This document shows, one piece after another, positions 18,339-27,601 of a stretch of 61,070 nt of DNA. The position numbers and the translations under genes are program-made. A model generated the notes under the pieces. The model was not told the DNA's origin and searched no databases. It saw nothing but the letters and a program-made list of their open reading frames with translations. The number at the start of each line of letters is the position of its first letter. Position 1 is the first letter of the stretch. Source of the stretch: Chloroflexota bacterium (GTDB lineage Bacteria > Chloroflexota > Dehalococcoidia > UBA2979); assembly GCA_027592645.1 (NCBI GenBank), contig JAQCKI010000003.1:1-61070 (forward strand), written 5' to 3'.

Positions 18339-18642
18339 GATTCCCTCCGTGATCCGGTGGAGCGGACTACGCCCACCAGCATGCCAGCAAACCGTTCGAC
18401 CGTGTCGACACGAGGAATCGCGCGCTGATGATGTCGCGCGGGCGCGTACGCACGGGTGGCTGGAGAACACCGTAGGAGGAACGAGATTGCCGCTGGCGCG
18501 GTTCGCCATCCCGGTGCCGCGCCCCGTACGATGTCGCCGCCAGCGCGGGGGAGCACACTTCGTGTAGCGCGGGCGTCCACCACTTCAACGCGTCGGGATT
18601 TGCAGACCACGCGACGCCACAGGCGCCGCTGGAGGGGATGTC

Positions 18643-19953
18643 ATGCAATCTCGAACTGGTGGACTCACGCGGCGGCGCGTGATCGCTGGCTCGGGTGGTG
18701 CCGCTGCCGCGGCCCTCATCGCACCCCGCACGCTCCTTGCCAGTGGCCAGCCGATCACCGAGTCCCTCCTGCGCGACGCCTCGCGCTCGTTTGCCGCCGG
18801 GCCGGCACCCCGCCATATTGCCTGGGTCTGGCAGTTCCGCCACGATGGCGACCCCGTGGCCATCCGCGACGCGCTGAAGGCGCACGGACTGGGCATTGCC
18901 CTCAAGACCCACGATGGCGCCCAGTGGATGTCGCGCTACGACCCGACCGATACCGCGGTCTCCGGCGCAAGGCGCGTGCAGGAATACGCCGACTTCTTCG
19001 AGAACGGAGGCGTCCCATTTCACGCCTGGGCCGTGACGAAGGGCACCAACCCGACCCGAGAGGCGGCGATCGCCTCCGACGTCCTGAACGCCGGGGCCCG
19101 CAGCCTATTCCTGGACCTGGAGGCCCACGCAGGCTTCTGGGTAGGGACGAAGCGCACGGCCGAGCAGTACGGCGAGACGTTGAGGCGGCTCCAGCCGTCT
19201 GCGCGGCTCTCCACCTCCATCGACCCGCGTCCGTGGGAGATTGACCGCATCCCGCTCACCGAGTTCGCCTCGTTCACGGACGAGATCGCGCCCCAGGTGT
19301 ACTGGGACCTCTTCTCCAGCAACGCCAACGTGAAGAAGTACGTCACCGCCGGCCACGCGGTCGCACCGGGACAGGTGACGCCCGCTTTCATCGTGGACAC
19401 GATGATGAAGCGGCTCACTGACTTCGGTCGTCCCGTACACCCGATCGGCGACGGTACCTCCAAGGCCCGCGAGGCGTGGGTGGAGTTCATCGACCGCTCG
19501 TATGTGGCAGAGGCGGAGACGGTCTCGCTCTGGCGCTATGGCGTAGCCGATCGCCGCATCCTGGAACTGCTGCGCGACACGCCACCTCGCGTGACCGCTG
19601 CCGTCTACTTCGTGCAGCCAGGCGACACGCTGGGCCGCATTGCGGCCCTGCACAACACCACGGTGGGCAGGTTGGTGGAGGCCAATGGCATCGCCAATCC
19701 GAACCTGATCAGCGTCGGCCAGTCGATCATCGTGCCCGGCACCGGTGGCGCCGTTGCTTCCGGTGCGGTCGCCGCGCCGGCTGCTGCGCCTGCCGCGGCT
19801 CCATCGTCGTCGCGGTCGTACCGGGTGCAACGCGGCGACACGCTCTCCCAGATCGCGGCGCGGCATGGCGTGACCACGGCGGCTGTCGTCAGAGCGAACC
19901 GCATCGCAAACCCGAACGCCCTGCTCGTCGGGCAGGTGCTGGTCATCCCGTAG
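18643..19953 (+). CDS. Tat-exported protein with putative glycoside hydrolase domain and two LysM domains
   Basis: TRRRVI Tat-like signal; LFLDLE and APQVYW in the central domain; two LysM repeats (YFVQPGDTL..IA, YRVQRGDTL..IA). Confidence 0.83.
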   Translation: MQSRTGGLTRRRVIAGSGGAAAAALIAPRTLLASGQPITESLLRDASRSFAAGPAPRHIAWVWQFRHDGDPVAIRDALKAHGLGIALKTHDGAQWMSRYDPTDTAVSGARRVQEYADFFENGGVPFHAWAVTKGTNPTREAAIASDVLNAGARSLFLDLEAHAGFWVGTKRTAEQYGETLRRLQPSARLSTSIDPRPWEIDRIPLTEFASFTDEIAPQVYWDLFSSNANVKKYVTAGHAVAPGQVTPAFIVDTMMKRLTDFGRPVHPIGDGTSKAREAWVEFIDRSYVAEAETVSLWRYGVADRRILELLRDTPPRVTAAVYFVQPGDTLGRIAALHNTTVGRLVEANGIANPNLISVGQSIIVPGTGGAVASGAVAAPAAAPAAAPSSSRSYRVQRGDTLSQIAARHGVTTAAVVRANRIANPNALLVGQVLVIP

Positions 19954-19976
19954 CGGCGAGCGCCCGAGGGCACTCC

Positions 19977-22031
19977 CTACAGGTAGCGCTGAATCGGCAA
20001 CTCGCGGTGCCGCTGGCCCGTCGCGCCGAAGACCGCGCCAGAGATCGCCGCCGCGATCGGCACGATGCCTGGCTCACCAGCGCCGGTCGAGGGCGCGTCG
20101 TCGTCGCCGACGAATCGCACGTCGATCTTCGGCGCGTCCACGATGCGCGGCACGCGATAGCGCGCAAAGGTCGTCGTCAGCAGGCGCCCATCCTGGAAGT
20201 CGGCCGCCTCGAACAGCGCACCACCGAGGCCCATGACGATGGAGCCTTCCATCTGGTTGGCAGCACCCTCCGGGTTCACGACGAGCCCGCAGTCCAGTGC
20301 CGCGGAGACGCGGTGCACCCGCACCTCCTTCTCCTGCACGGAGACCTCCGCCGCCGTCGCCACGTACGAGCCGACATCGATGCCGAGCGCGATGCCGGCA
20401 CCATGGCCGTTCGCCAACCGCGGGCCGGTCCAGCCGAACGCCTCGGCGGTGGCCTCCAGCACACGACGGAAGCGCGGCTCGCTCAGGTTGCGCAGGCGCA
20501 GTTCTACCGGGTCGACGCCGATCGCCTCAGCGATCTCGTCCATGTGGACCTCGCGCGCGAAATGGTTCACCGCCGCACCGAGTGAGCGGTATGAGCCAGA
20601 TGGCAACGGGCTGTCCGAGCGGTACACGACTGACAGCACGTGCGGTGCGTCGTACGGCGTGTCCGCGCCGCGACGGCCGATCATCACGCGCTCGCCCGAG
20701 TGGTACGCGACGCTGTCCCACGCGGTCAGCCGGCCGTCGGCCCCGAAACCACTGCGGATCTTCACCAGCGCCGCCGGGCGGAAGTTGGACCACGCCATCT
20801 CGTCGGCACGTGAGTACGCCACGCGTACGGGCCGCCCCGCGACCTTCGCGAGCCGCGCCGCCTCGGTCGCGAGTCCGTAGGGCGACTTGGCACCGAAGCC
20901 GCCGCCGATCTCCGGCGCGATCACGCGGACGCGCTCCTCCGGCATGTCGAAGGCCGCCGAGAGTTCCTGGCGGATGCCAAACGGCCGCTGTGTGCCCGCC
21001 CACACGGTCAGGTGGTCGCCCTCCCAGAGCGCGACCGCCGCGCGCGGCTCCATGGGCGCGGGGGCGATGTACGGGATGTAGTAGGACGACTCCAGCACGT
21101 GCGCCGCACCGCGGAAGCCCTCACCCAGGTCACCGCGCTCCTGCATCGTGAACGGCTCGGTGCCGCTTTCGACCAGGTGCGAGGGCATCTCGAACCGCCC
21201 GGGTTGGCCCGGCGTCAGTTCCCAGTCGATGGTTGCGACGCGTGCACCGAGCGCCGCCGCCTCGTCGTCTTCCGCCAGCACGGCGATCAGGCTGCCCTCG
21301 TGCACTACGCGCACCACGCCGGGCATCCGCTCGGCGGCGGCAAAATCGACGCTTCGCGCTCGCGCGCCGTATGCGGGCGGGCGAATCACCGCGGCGTACA
21401 GCACGCCCTCCGGCAGCACGTCCTGCGAGTAGACGGCGCGCCCGGTCACCCGGTCGATGCCATCCACGCGGATGAGGTGCTGGCGGCCCATCTGGGTGAA
21501 CTCGGACGGCGGGGTCACCGTCGGGCGCTCCGCGATCTCGATCTCCAACTCCTGCTCGCCGAGGAGATCGGCGTAGCCGACGCCCCGCGACGGGTCGCTC
21601 TTCGAGACCACGCGACCATCGCGCGCTTCGAGGTCGGCGGCGGGCAGATCCAGGCGGTCGGCGGCCATCGAGAGCAGCGCCTCGCGCGCCGTGGCGCACG
21701 CCTTGCGGAGTTGCCACCCGACGCGCGCGGTGGACTGGCTGCCGAACGTGCCCATGTCCCACGGCACACGGTCGGTATCGCCGAGGATCACCGTGACCGC
21801 AGCGAGCGGCACGCGGAGTTCGTCCGCAACCTCGATCGCGAGACCGGTGCGGATGTTCTGGCCGTACTCCACCTTGCCGGCGAACGCGGTCACCGAGCCG
21901 TCCGGCTCGATCCGCACCCACGTGGCGCGCTGCGTCTGCGGCTGGGTGTTCCCGTACGTCTGCTGGCCGTACCCGGTGCGGACGGCGGGGAACCCCACCT
22001 GCACATCGCCGACGATGCTCAGCGGGCTCAT
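19977..22031 (-). CDS. Xanthine dehydrogenase family molybdopterin subunit (IorB-like)
   Basis: GKVEYGQ, GTFGSQS, APMEP, IGGGFG, YRS, GAGEP (catalytic Glu). Confidence 0.9.
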   Translation of the reverse strand: MSPLSIVGDVQVGFPAVRTGYGQQTYGNTQPQTQRATWVRIEPDGSVTAFAGKVEYGQNIRTGLAIEVADELRVPLAAVTVILGDTDRVPWDMGTFGSQSTARVGWQLRKACATAREALLSMAADRLDLPAADLEARDGRVVSKSDPSRGVGYADLLGEQELEIEIAERPTVTPPSEFTQMGRQHLIRVDGIDRVTGRAVYSQDVLPEGVLYAAVIRPPAYGARARSVDFAAAERMPGVVRVVHEGSLIAVLAEDDEAAALGARVATIDWELTPGQPGRFEMPSHLVESGTEPFTMQERGDLGEGFRGAAHVLESSYYIPYIAPAPMEPRAAVALWEGDHLTVWAGTQRPFGIRQELSAAFDMPEERVRVIAPEIGGGFGAKSPYGLATEAARLAKVAGRPVRVAYSRADEMAWSNFRPAALVKIRSGFGADGRLTAWDSVAYHSGERVMIGRRGADTPYDAPHVLSVVYRSDSPLPSGSYRSLGAAVNHFAREVHMDEIAEAIGVDPVELRLRNLSEPRFRRVLEATAEAFGWTGPRLANGHGAGIALGIDVGSYVATAAEVSVQEKEVRVHRVSAALDCGLVVNPEGAANQMEGSIVMGLGGALFEAADFQDGRLLTTTFARYRVPRIVDAPKIDVRFVGDDDAPSTGAGEPGIVPIAAAISGAVFGATGQRHRELPIQRYL

Positions 22032-22492
22032 GCCTCACCTCCCGCGGCGCGCTGCACGGCCTTCTCGATGCGCTGGTAGGTGCCGCAGCGGCACATGTGC
22101 TCCGCCAGCGCCTCCCGGATCTGGCCGGCACTCGGGTGCGGCTCGCGGTTCAGGAGGCCGATCGTGCCCATCACGAAGCCCGGGATGCAGTAGCCGCACT
22201 GCATCGCCTGCTCCTCCACGAACGCGCGTTGGACGGGGTGCAGATCCTCCAGCGTCTCACCGGTCGCGACACCCTCGATGGTCGTGACCTCGCCGCCGGC
22301 GACCGCGCCGGTGGTCGTCATGCAGGCGCGCAGCGGCTGGCCGTCCACCAGCACGGTGCACGCCCCGCACAGCCCCTCGCCGCAGCCGTACTTGCTCCCG
22401 GTCAGGCCGAGGTCGTAGCGCAGGAACGAGAGCAGGTTGCGGTCGCCGCGCACCACCTCGCGCGGGACACCATTCACGGTCACGGTCAGCAT
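22028..22492 (-). CDS. 2[2Fe-2S] subunit (IorA/CoxS-like)
   Basis: GCGEGLCGACT..C, QCGYC, CRC; ATGA overlap with the large subunit gene. Confidence 0.93.
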   Translation of the reverse strand: MLTVTVNGVPREVVRGDRNLLSFLRYDLGLTGSKYGCGEGLCGACTVLVDGQPLRACMTTTGAVAGGEVTTIEGVATGETLEDLHPVQRAFVEEQAMQCGYCIPGFVMGTIGLLNREPHPSAGQIREALAEHMCRCGTYQRIEKAVQRAAGGEA

Positions 22493-22578
22493 CGGGCACC
22501 CTCCAGCATTCGGGCAGCAGGATACCCCGACGCGCGCAGGCGTTGAGGTGCACCGCGGCGAATGTGTAAAGTCCGGCG

Positions 22579-23061
22579 ATGCAGCAGGCCACCCTCGTCA
22601 CCCTGGTCGATTTCAACTACTGGGCGAACCGCAAGGTTCTGCAGGTCTGTGAGCGCCTGACCGCCCAGCAGTGGACGCAGGCGGCCACCGTCAGCACCCG
22701 CACTCTGCGCGGGACGCTCGTACACACGCTGGACACCGAGTGGTCGTGGCGCCTGCGGCTCATCGATCCCGCGGCGCGCGGCGAGGAGATGCGCGAGGAG
22801 GATTTCCCTACCGTGGCGAGCCTGGTGGCCGCGTGGGTGCGCGACGAGCGGGAGATGGTGGCCTGGGTCGCCTCGCTGTCCGATGCCGACCTCGTCCGCC
22901 TAGTGCCCGTCCCGTGGGGCCCCGAGTACCCGCGCTGGCAACTCATCTTCCACCTGCTGTCGCACAGCACTCAGCAGCGTGCGAAGGCATCCACGCTCCT
23001 GACACTGGCCGGGCACTCGCCGGGCGACATCGAGTTCCTGAATTACATCGGGCAGGCGTAA
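22579..23061 (+). CDS. DinB family protein
   Basis: FNYWANRK, TLVH...EWSW, HLLSHSTQ.R...L...G. Confidence 0.85.
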   Translation: MQQATLVTLVDFNYWANRKVLQVCERLTAQQWTQAATVSTRTLRGTLVHTLDTEWSWRLRLIDPAARGEEMREEDFPTVASLVAAWVRDEREMVAWVASLSDADLVRLVPVPWGPEYPRWQLIFHLLSHSTQQRAKASTLLTLAGHSPGDIEFLNYIGQA

Positions 23062-23152
23062 CGCGCCGCCTATCCTCCCGCGCCTCCCGATCTGATTTAC
23101 TGCGCGGGCACCTCCCGACCTTGGGCGAGGCGCACGAGGCGACGGAGGCAGC

Positions 23153-24208
23153 ATGAAACTCGGACTCACCATCGGTTACGCGGGAGCCACGCTGGAGGTG
23201 CCCGTCGACCTCGTGCAGCAGGCGGAGCGCCTCGGCTTCGACTCCGTGTGGACGGCCGAAGCGTACGGCTCGGACGCCATCACGCCGCTCGCCTACCTCG
23301 CCGCCAAGACGGAGCGCATCCGCCTCGGCACCGGCATCATCCAGGTCGCCGCACGGACGCCCGCCGGCACGGCCATGGAATTGCAGACTGTCGACGCGCT
23401 GGCGGGAGGCGGCCGGGTGATCGGCGGCCTCGGCGTCTCCGGGCCGCAGATCGTGGAGGGCTGGTACGGGGTGCCGTGGGGCAAGCCGTACTACAAGCTC
23501 CGCGACTACATCACGATCATGAAGAAGATCTTCGCCCGCGAAGAGCCGGTCACGCACCAGGGCCGCGAGATCTCGCTCCCGTACACCGGCCCCGGCTCCG
23601 CGGGCATGGCGAAACCGCTGAAGTCGATCCTGCACATGAACCCGTACCTGCCGATCTGGCTGGGCTCCGGGAACCCCTCGAACCTGCGCCTTACCGGCGA
23701 ACTGTGCGATGGCATCCTGCCGCTGGGCTTTGTGCCGGCGCGCATGGACTACTACCTGGAGCACCTGCAGGAGGGCTTCCGACGCTCCGGCACGGACAAG
23801 GCGATTGGCAATGGCTTCGAGTTCCAGCCGCGGGTCGCCGTGAACGTCACCGATGACGTGCGAGGTGCGCTGCGGGCGATGAAGCCGCGCATTGCGCTGT
23901 ACGTCGGCGGCATGGGCCACCCGGAGTTGAACTTCCACAACCAGCAGATGGTCCGCCGTGGCTATGGGGACGCCGCGGGGCGCATCCAGGAGTTGTACCT
24001 GGCCGGCCGCAAGGCGGAGGCGCTGGAGGAAGTGCCGAACGAGTACTGCGACGAAGAGGCGCTGGTGGGCCCGCCCGCCCGCATCCGCGAGCGTGTGCGC
24101 GCCTGGCAGGACTCCGGCATTACCGGCCTGACCCTGCAGACCCGCCAGCCGGAGGCGCTGGAGGTGATGGCCGAAATCACCGGTGCCAGCAAGGGCGCGA
24201 GGGACTAG
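23153..24208 (+). CDS. LLM class (probably F420-dependent) oxidoreductase
   Basis: AERLGFDSVWTAEAYGSDA, RTPA, GLGVSGPQIVEGWYG, YVGGMG..NFH. Confidence 0.9.
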   Translation: MKLGLTIGYAGATLEVPVDLVQQAERLGFDSVWTAEAYGSDAITPLAYLAAKTERIRLGTGIIQVAARTPAGTAMELQTVDALAGGGRVIGGLGVSGPQIVEGWYGVPWGKPYYKLRDYITIMKKIFAREEPVTHQGREISLPYTGPGSAGMAKPLKSILHMNPYLPIWLGSGNPSNLRLTGELCDGILPLGFVPARMDYYLEHLQEGFRRSGTDKAIGNGFEFQPRVAVNVTDDVRGALRAMKPRIALYVGGMGHPELNFHNQQMVRRGYGDAAGRIQELYLAGRKAEALEEVPNEYCDEEALVGPPARIRERVRAWQDSGITGLTLQTRQPEALEVMAEITGASKGARD

Positions 24209-25251
24209 CGCGCCACGACCGGCGCGGGCCACGAGTACGCCTCGAACGCCCAGTCGAGGAGGCGGCGCGCGTCCTCCTCGCGGTTCGGCGCGTCCAGCAG
24301 CACCACGTAGATGCGGTGGCCGTCGCGCGTGGCGCTGCCGGCGTACGTCTTGCCCGCGGAGCGCGTGTACCCGGTCTTGAGGCCGTCCGCGCCCGCGTAG
24401 GTGTACAGCAGCGCGTTGTATGTCGACATCCGGATCGTCCGTGAACCCTCCGCGACCCACGAGCGCGCACCGGCGATCTCCGCCAGCACGGGGAACGTCA
24501 TCAGATAGCGCGACATCGCGGCGAGGTCGTACGCGGTCGTGTACTGCGAACGACTGCCGAGCCCGTGCGGGTTGCTGAAGCGCGAGTCCTGCAGGCCGAG
24601 GCGCTTTGTGAGCGCCGTCATCTCCTCCGCGAACGCGAACTCGGAGCCCGAGAGGTGGCGGGCGATGGCGAGCGCAGCGTCGTTGCCGGAGGGCAGCATC
24701 AGCCCGTAGAGCAAGTCCAGCAGCGTGAACTCGTCCTCAGGGCGCAGCCCCATCACGGTGCTGCGCCTCATGGTGCTGGCGTCTACATCCACCGTCACCA
24801 GAGCATCGAGGTCGCCGCGCTCTGCCGCGATGATCGCCGTCGGGATCTTCGCCAGGCTGGCCGGGGCACGGCGCAGGTGTGGGTCGTGCTCATACAGCAC
24901 CGCCATCGAGGCTTCGTCGACCACGATCGCAGAGGTGGCGGAGATCTTCGGCGGCGGCGCGTTGCCGCGACGCGCAGGGGCGGACGCCCACGGCTCCGGT
25001 ATCGCGCGTCCGGGCTGGTACAGCACCGGTGGCGGCGCGTCGGTCGCAAGGTCAGCGTCGAGCGGTGCGACCAACCGGTCGGAAGCGAGCACGGCCGCGT
25101 CCGCCGTCGCAGCCGGGAGCATAAATGACGCTGGCTCCGTCGCCTCGGTCGCGCCCGTTGTGCAGCCGGCGATGAGCAACCCGGCCACCGCCGTCAGCAG
25201 CGACACGTTGCGCCAGCGAGGGAGCCGGTGGGTGGCAAGCGGTCGGGTCAT
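24205..25251 (-). CDS. D-alanyl-D-alanine carboxypeptidase (peptidase S11), lipoprotein
   Basis: SxxK (ASLAK), SGND, NPHGL, KTGYT; lipobox LIAGC. Confidence 0.92.
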   Translation of the reverse strand: MTRPLATHRLPRWRNVSLLTAVAGLLIAGCTTGATEATEPASFMLPAATADAAVLASDRLVAPLDADLATDAPPPVLYQPGRAIPEPWASAPARRGNAPPPKISATSAIVVDEASMAVLYEHDPHLRRAPASLAKIPTAIIAAERGDLDALVTVDVDASTMRRSTVMGLRPEDEFTLLDLLYGLMLPSGNDAALAIARHLSGSEFAFAEEMTALTKRLGLQDSRFSNPHGLGSRSQYTTAYDLAAMSRYLMTFPVLAEIAGARSWVAEGSRTIRMSTYNALLYTYAGADGLKTGYTRSAGKTYAGSATRDGHRIYVVLLDAPNREEDARRLLDWAFEAYSWPAPVVAR

Positions 25252-25382
25252 GTTGCCTCGGCCAGCGGTGGAAGCGGCGAGTGGCGCGCATCCTACGCCC
25301 TGCGAGCGCGTGGCGTCCGCAAGGCCGGGGCTCGCTCGCCTACAATCGTGCGGCGCGTCCCACCCGCGCGTGGAGCCCGACC

Positions 25383-26444
25383 ATGGCCTGGACACGCCTG
25401 CTCGTGGCCGCGCTCGGCATCGGCCTGCTCGCTGGCTGCTCGACCTCGTCGACGCCGGCGTCACCCGCAGTCAACGCGTCACGGCCCGCCGCGATGGCGA
25501 GCGACGCCGTGCATGTCACCGGCGAGGGCATCCCCGTCGCCGTCGAGCCTGCCCCTCTCGCTCCGGCACCCGAAACAGTGGTGACCGCCGGCGTGGTGCC
25601 TGTCGAGCCGGCGCCGGTGCAGGTCGTCGCGCCGAGCGCGATCGCTGCCGCCGCCCTAGCGCTGTCGCAGACACCAGGGCCCCCGGTGATCGTGCTGGAC
25701 CCCGGCCACGGCGGCGCCGAGGTGGGCGCGGCGAATCACGGCATCGTCGAGAAGGAGTCCAACCTGGATCTCGCGTTCCGCGTGGAGGCGCTGCTACGTG
25801 AGGCGGGCGTGCGCGTCCTGCTCACCCGCGAGGACGACTCGCGCGCCGTGCCTCCGCCCGGCCTCCGGCCGGTGCCCGGCGGGAGCACCCGTCCTGCTCG
25901 TGTCGACGTGCAGGCCCGGGTCGATCTCGCCAACCTCGCCGGCGCCGCCGCGTTCGTCTCGATCCACTCCAACGGCCACAGCGACTCAAGCCTCCGCGGC
26001 ATCGAGACCTACTACTCAAGCGTGCACGCGGAGGCGCCTCGCAGCCTCGCACTGGCGACGCACCTCCAGACGACTGCGCTCGGCGAACTCGCCGCCGCCG
26101 GGTTTCCGGCGGTGGACCGAGGCGCGCGCGACACCCAGTGCATGTACAACCGCAGCGGCACCTGCCGCGGCATCTTCGTGATCTCGCCGCCTCGGGTTAC
26201 CCGACTGGAGGACGTGCTCCAGCGGGGCGGCGATCCAGTACGCGCTGGACTGGCACCGGGGGAGACCGAGGCCTCTACGCGCGCCACGTTGATGCCTGCA
26301 GCGCTCATCGAGCTGCTCTTCGTCAGCAACCCACAGGATGCCGCGATTCTCGCGGTCGAGGAGTCGCGCCAGGCGATGGCGCGTGGCGTGGCGGCCGGCA
26401 TCCTCGCGTTCCTCGCCGAGGAAGGATTGTGGCCGGCGCAGTAG
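25383..26444 (+). CDS. N-acetylmuramoyl-L-alanine amidase (Amidase_3), lipoprotein
   Basis: Lipobox LLAGC; LDPGHGG, EKESNL, LTR, SIHSN, GIETYY, ALIELLFVSN. Confidence 0.9.
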   Translation: MAWTRLLVAALGIGLLAGCSTSSTPASPAVNASRPAAMASDAVHVTGEGIPVAVEPAPLAPAPETVVTAGVVPVEPAPVQVVAPSAIAAAALALSQTPGPPVIVLDPGHGGAEVGAANHGIVEKESNLDLAFRVEALLREAGVRVLLTREDDSRAVPPPGLRPVPGGSTRPARVDVQARVDLANLAGAAAFVSIHSNGHSDSSLRGIETYYSSVHAEAPRSLALATHLQTTALGELAAAGFPAVDRGARDTQCMYNRSGTCRGIFVISPPRVTRLEDVLQRGGDPVRAGLAPGETEASTRATLMPAALIELLFVSNPQDAAILAVEESRQAMARGVAAGILAFLAEEGLWPAQ

Positions 26445-26469
26445 CCCGGTCGAGTGCTCGCGCGCCGCC

Positions 26470-27384
26470 TCAGTCCTGAACGTGATCCGCCAGCACCTCC
26501 GCAATCGTGCGGCGGGCGAGCGCGGCGAACGGGGGGTTCGACTCCACGTAGTACGGCAGCGCGATGAGCGCCCACGAGAGCGCCCAGCCGCGCCCGCGCG
26601 CCCACGTTGCGCGGTCCACGTCCAGCGCCGCCCGGAACACGTCGCGCACCTCGCGTGGGAGCAGCGCCCACGCGGGTAGTACGTCGCCGGCGGGGTCGCC
26701 GGTGCCCATGCACCCGAAGTCCATCACGGCGCTGAGCGCGCCATCGCGCACGAGCAGGTTGCCTGGCAGCAGGTCGCCGTGAATCCAGACCGGCGGCCCG
26801 TCCCACGCCGGTGCGCGCAGTGCGTCCTCCCACGCTGCCGTCGCGGCGCTGACATCAACCAGGCCGGCGCAGGCCGCCAGCGCGTGACGAGTGGAGGCGT
26901 CGCGCATCGCCAGCGGCACGCCACGCTGGTTGTTCTCCGGGCCGGGGCGTGGCCCGTCGGTCGCGTCGATTCCCCTCATCGCGACGATGAACGAGGCGAG
27001 CGCCGTTGCTGCCTGTCTGGGATCAGCGATGCGGTCGCGCTCGGCCGGTTCGCCCTCGATCCAGCGGTGGATCGCCCAGCGCGACGGATAGTCTTCGACC
27101 GGTTCGCCGATCGCGAGCGACGTCGGGATCGCGAGCGGCAGGTGTGGCGCGAGCCGGGGGAGCCACTCGTGCTCGCGCTCGATCTGGCGCTGCGGGCCCT
27201 CACCGGGCCGCCGAGGCAGCCGCGCGGCCATGCCATCGCCCAGCCGGTAGATCGCGTTGGAGGTGCCACTGCCTGCGACACGTTCGAGCGGCAGCGCGGC
27301 CCATTGCGGGAACTGCTCGGTGAGCAGCCGCCGCACGAGGGACTCGTCGATGTCGAACTCGTCGGCGTGCAGCCTGGCGATCAT
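26470..27384 (-). CDS. Aminoglycoside phosphotransferase-like kinase
   Basis: GTSNAIYRLG, RLP, WIHGDLLPGN, MDFG, GDPA.D. Confidence 0.9.
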   Translation of the reverse strand: MIARLHADEFDIDESLVRRLLTEQFPQWAALPLERVAGSGTSNAIYRLGDGMAARLPRRPGEGPQRQIEREHEWLPRLAPHLPLAIPTSLAIGEPVEDYPSRWAIHRWIEGEPAERDRIADPRQAATALASFIVAMRGIDATDGPRPGPENNQRGVPLAMRDASTRHALAACAGLVDVSAATAAWEDALRAPAWDGPPVWIHGDLLPGNLLVRDGALSAVMDFGCMGTGDPAGDVLPAWALLPREVRDVFRAALDVDRATWARGRGWALSWALIALPYYVESNPPFAALARRTIAEVLADHVQD

Positions 27385-27416
27385 CGTCGGCCTTCGTGCG
27401 CGAGGTGAGGTGAGGT

Positions 27417-27492
27417 TGGTGGGCCCACTGGGATTCGAACCCAGGACCGATGGATTAAAAGTCCACTGCTCTGACCACTGAGCTACGGGCCC
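27417..27492 (-). tRNA. tRNA-Lys(UUU), CCA encoded
   Basis: GGGCCCGTAGCTCAGTGGTCAGAGCAGTGGACTTTTAATCCATCGGTCCTGGGTTCGAATCCCAGTGGGCCCACCA: 76 nt cloverleaf, anticodon TTT. Confidence 0.97.
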
Positions 27493-27540
27493 GGATCGAG
27501 ATTACCCGGATCAAGCCGCGCGAGACAGGCCGGGTTGTAT

Positions 27541-27573
27541 CTTGCAGCGGTCCCGAACGGATCGGGATAGTGG
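27541..27573 (+). repeat. Direct repeat copy 1 flanking the LuxR-Kelch gene
   Basis: CTTGCAGCGGTCCCGAACGGATCGGGATAGTGG; 30/33 identical to 29210-29242. Confidence 0.85.
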
Positions 27574-27601
27574 GGCGGCTGCTGGGCCCAGGCGCCGCCT
27601 A

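Noticed and set aside
18339-18642. c-di-AMP or c-di-GMP riboswitch upstream of the LysM gene
   Set aside because: Conserved motifs are not recognisable beyond a GCAAACC fragment; an Rfam cmscan would settle it.
26470-27492. Integrative element at the tRNA-Lys 3' end carrying the APH-like gene
   Set aside because: I saw no second copy of the tRNA 3' end and no integrase; APH-like kinases are common chromosomal genes and resistance is not shown.
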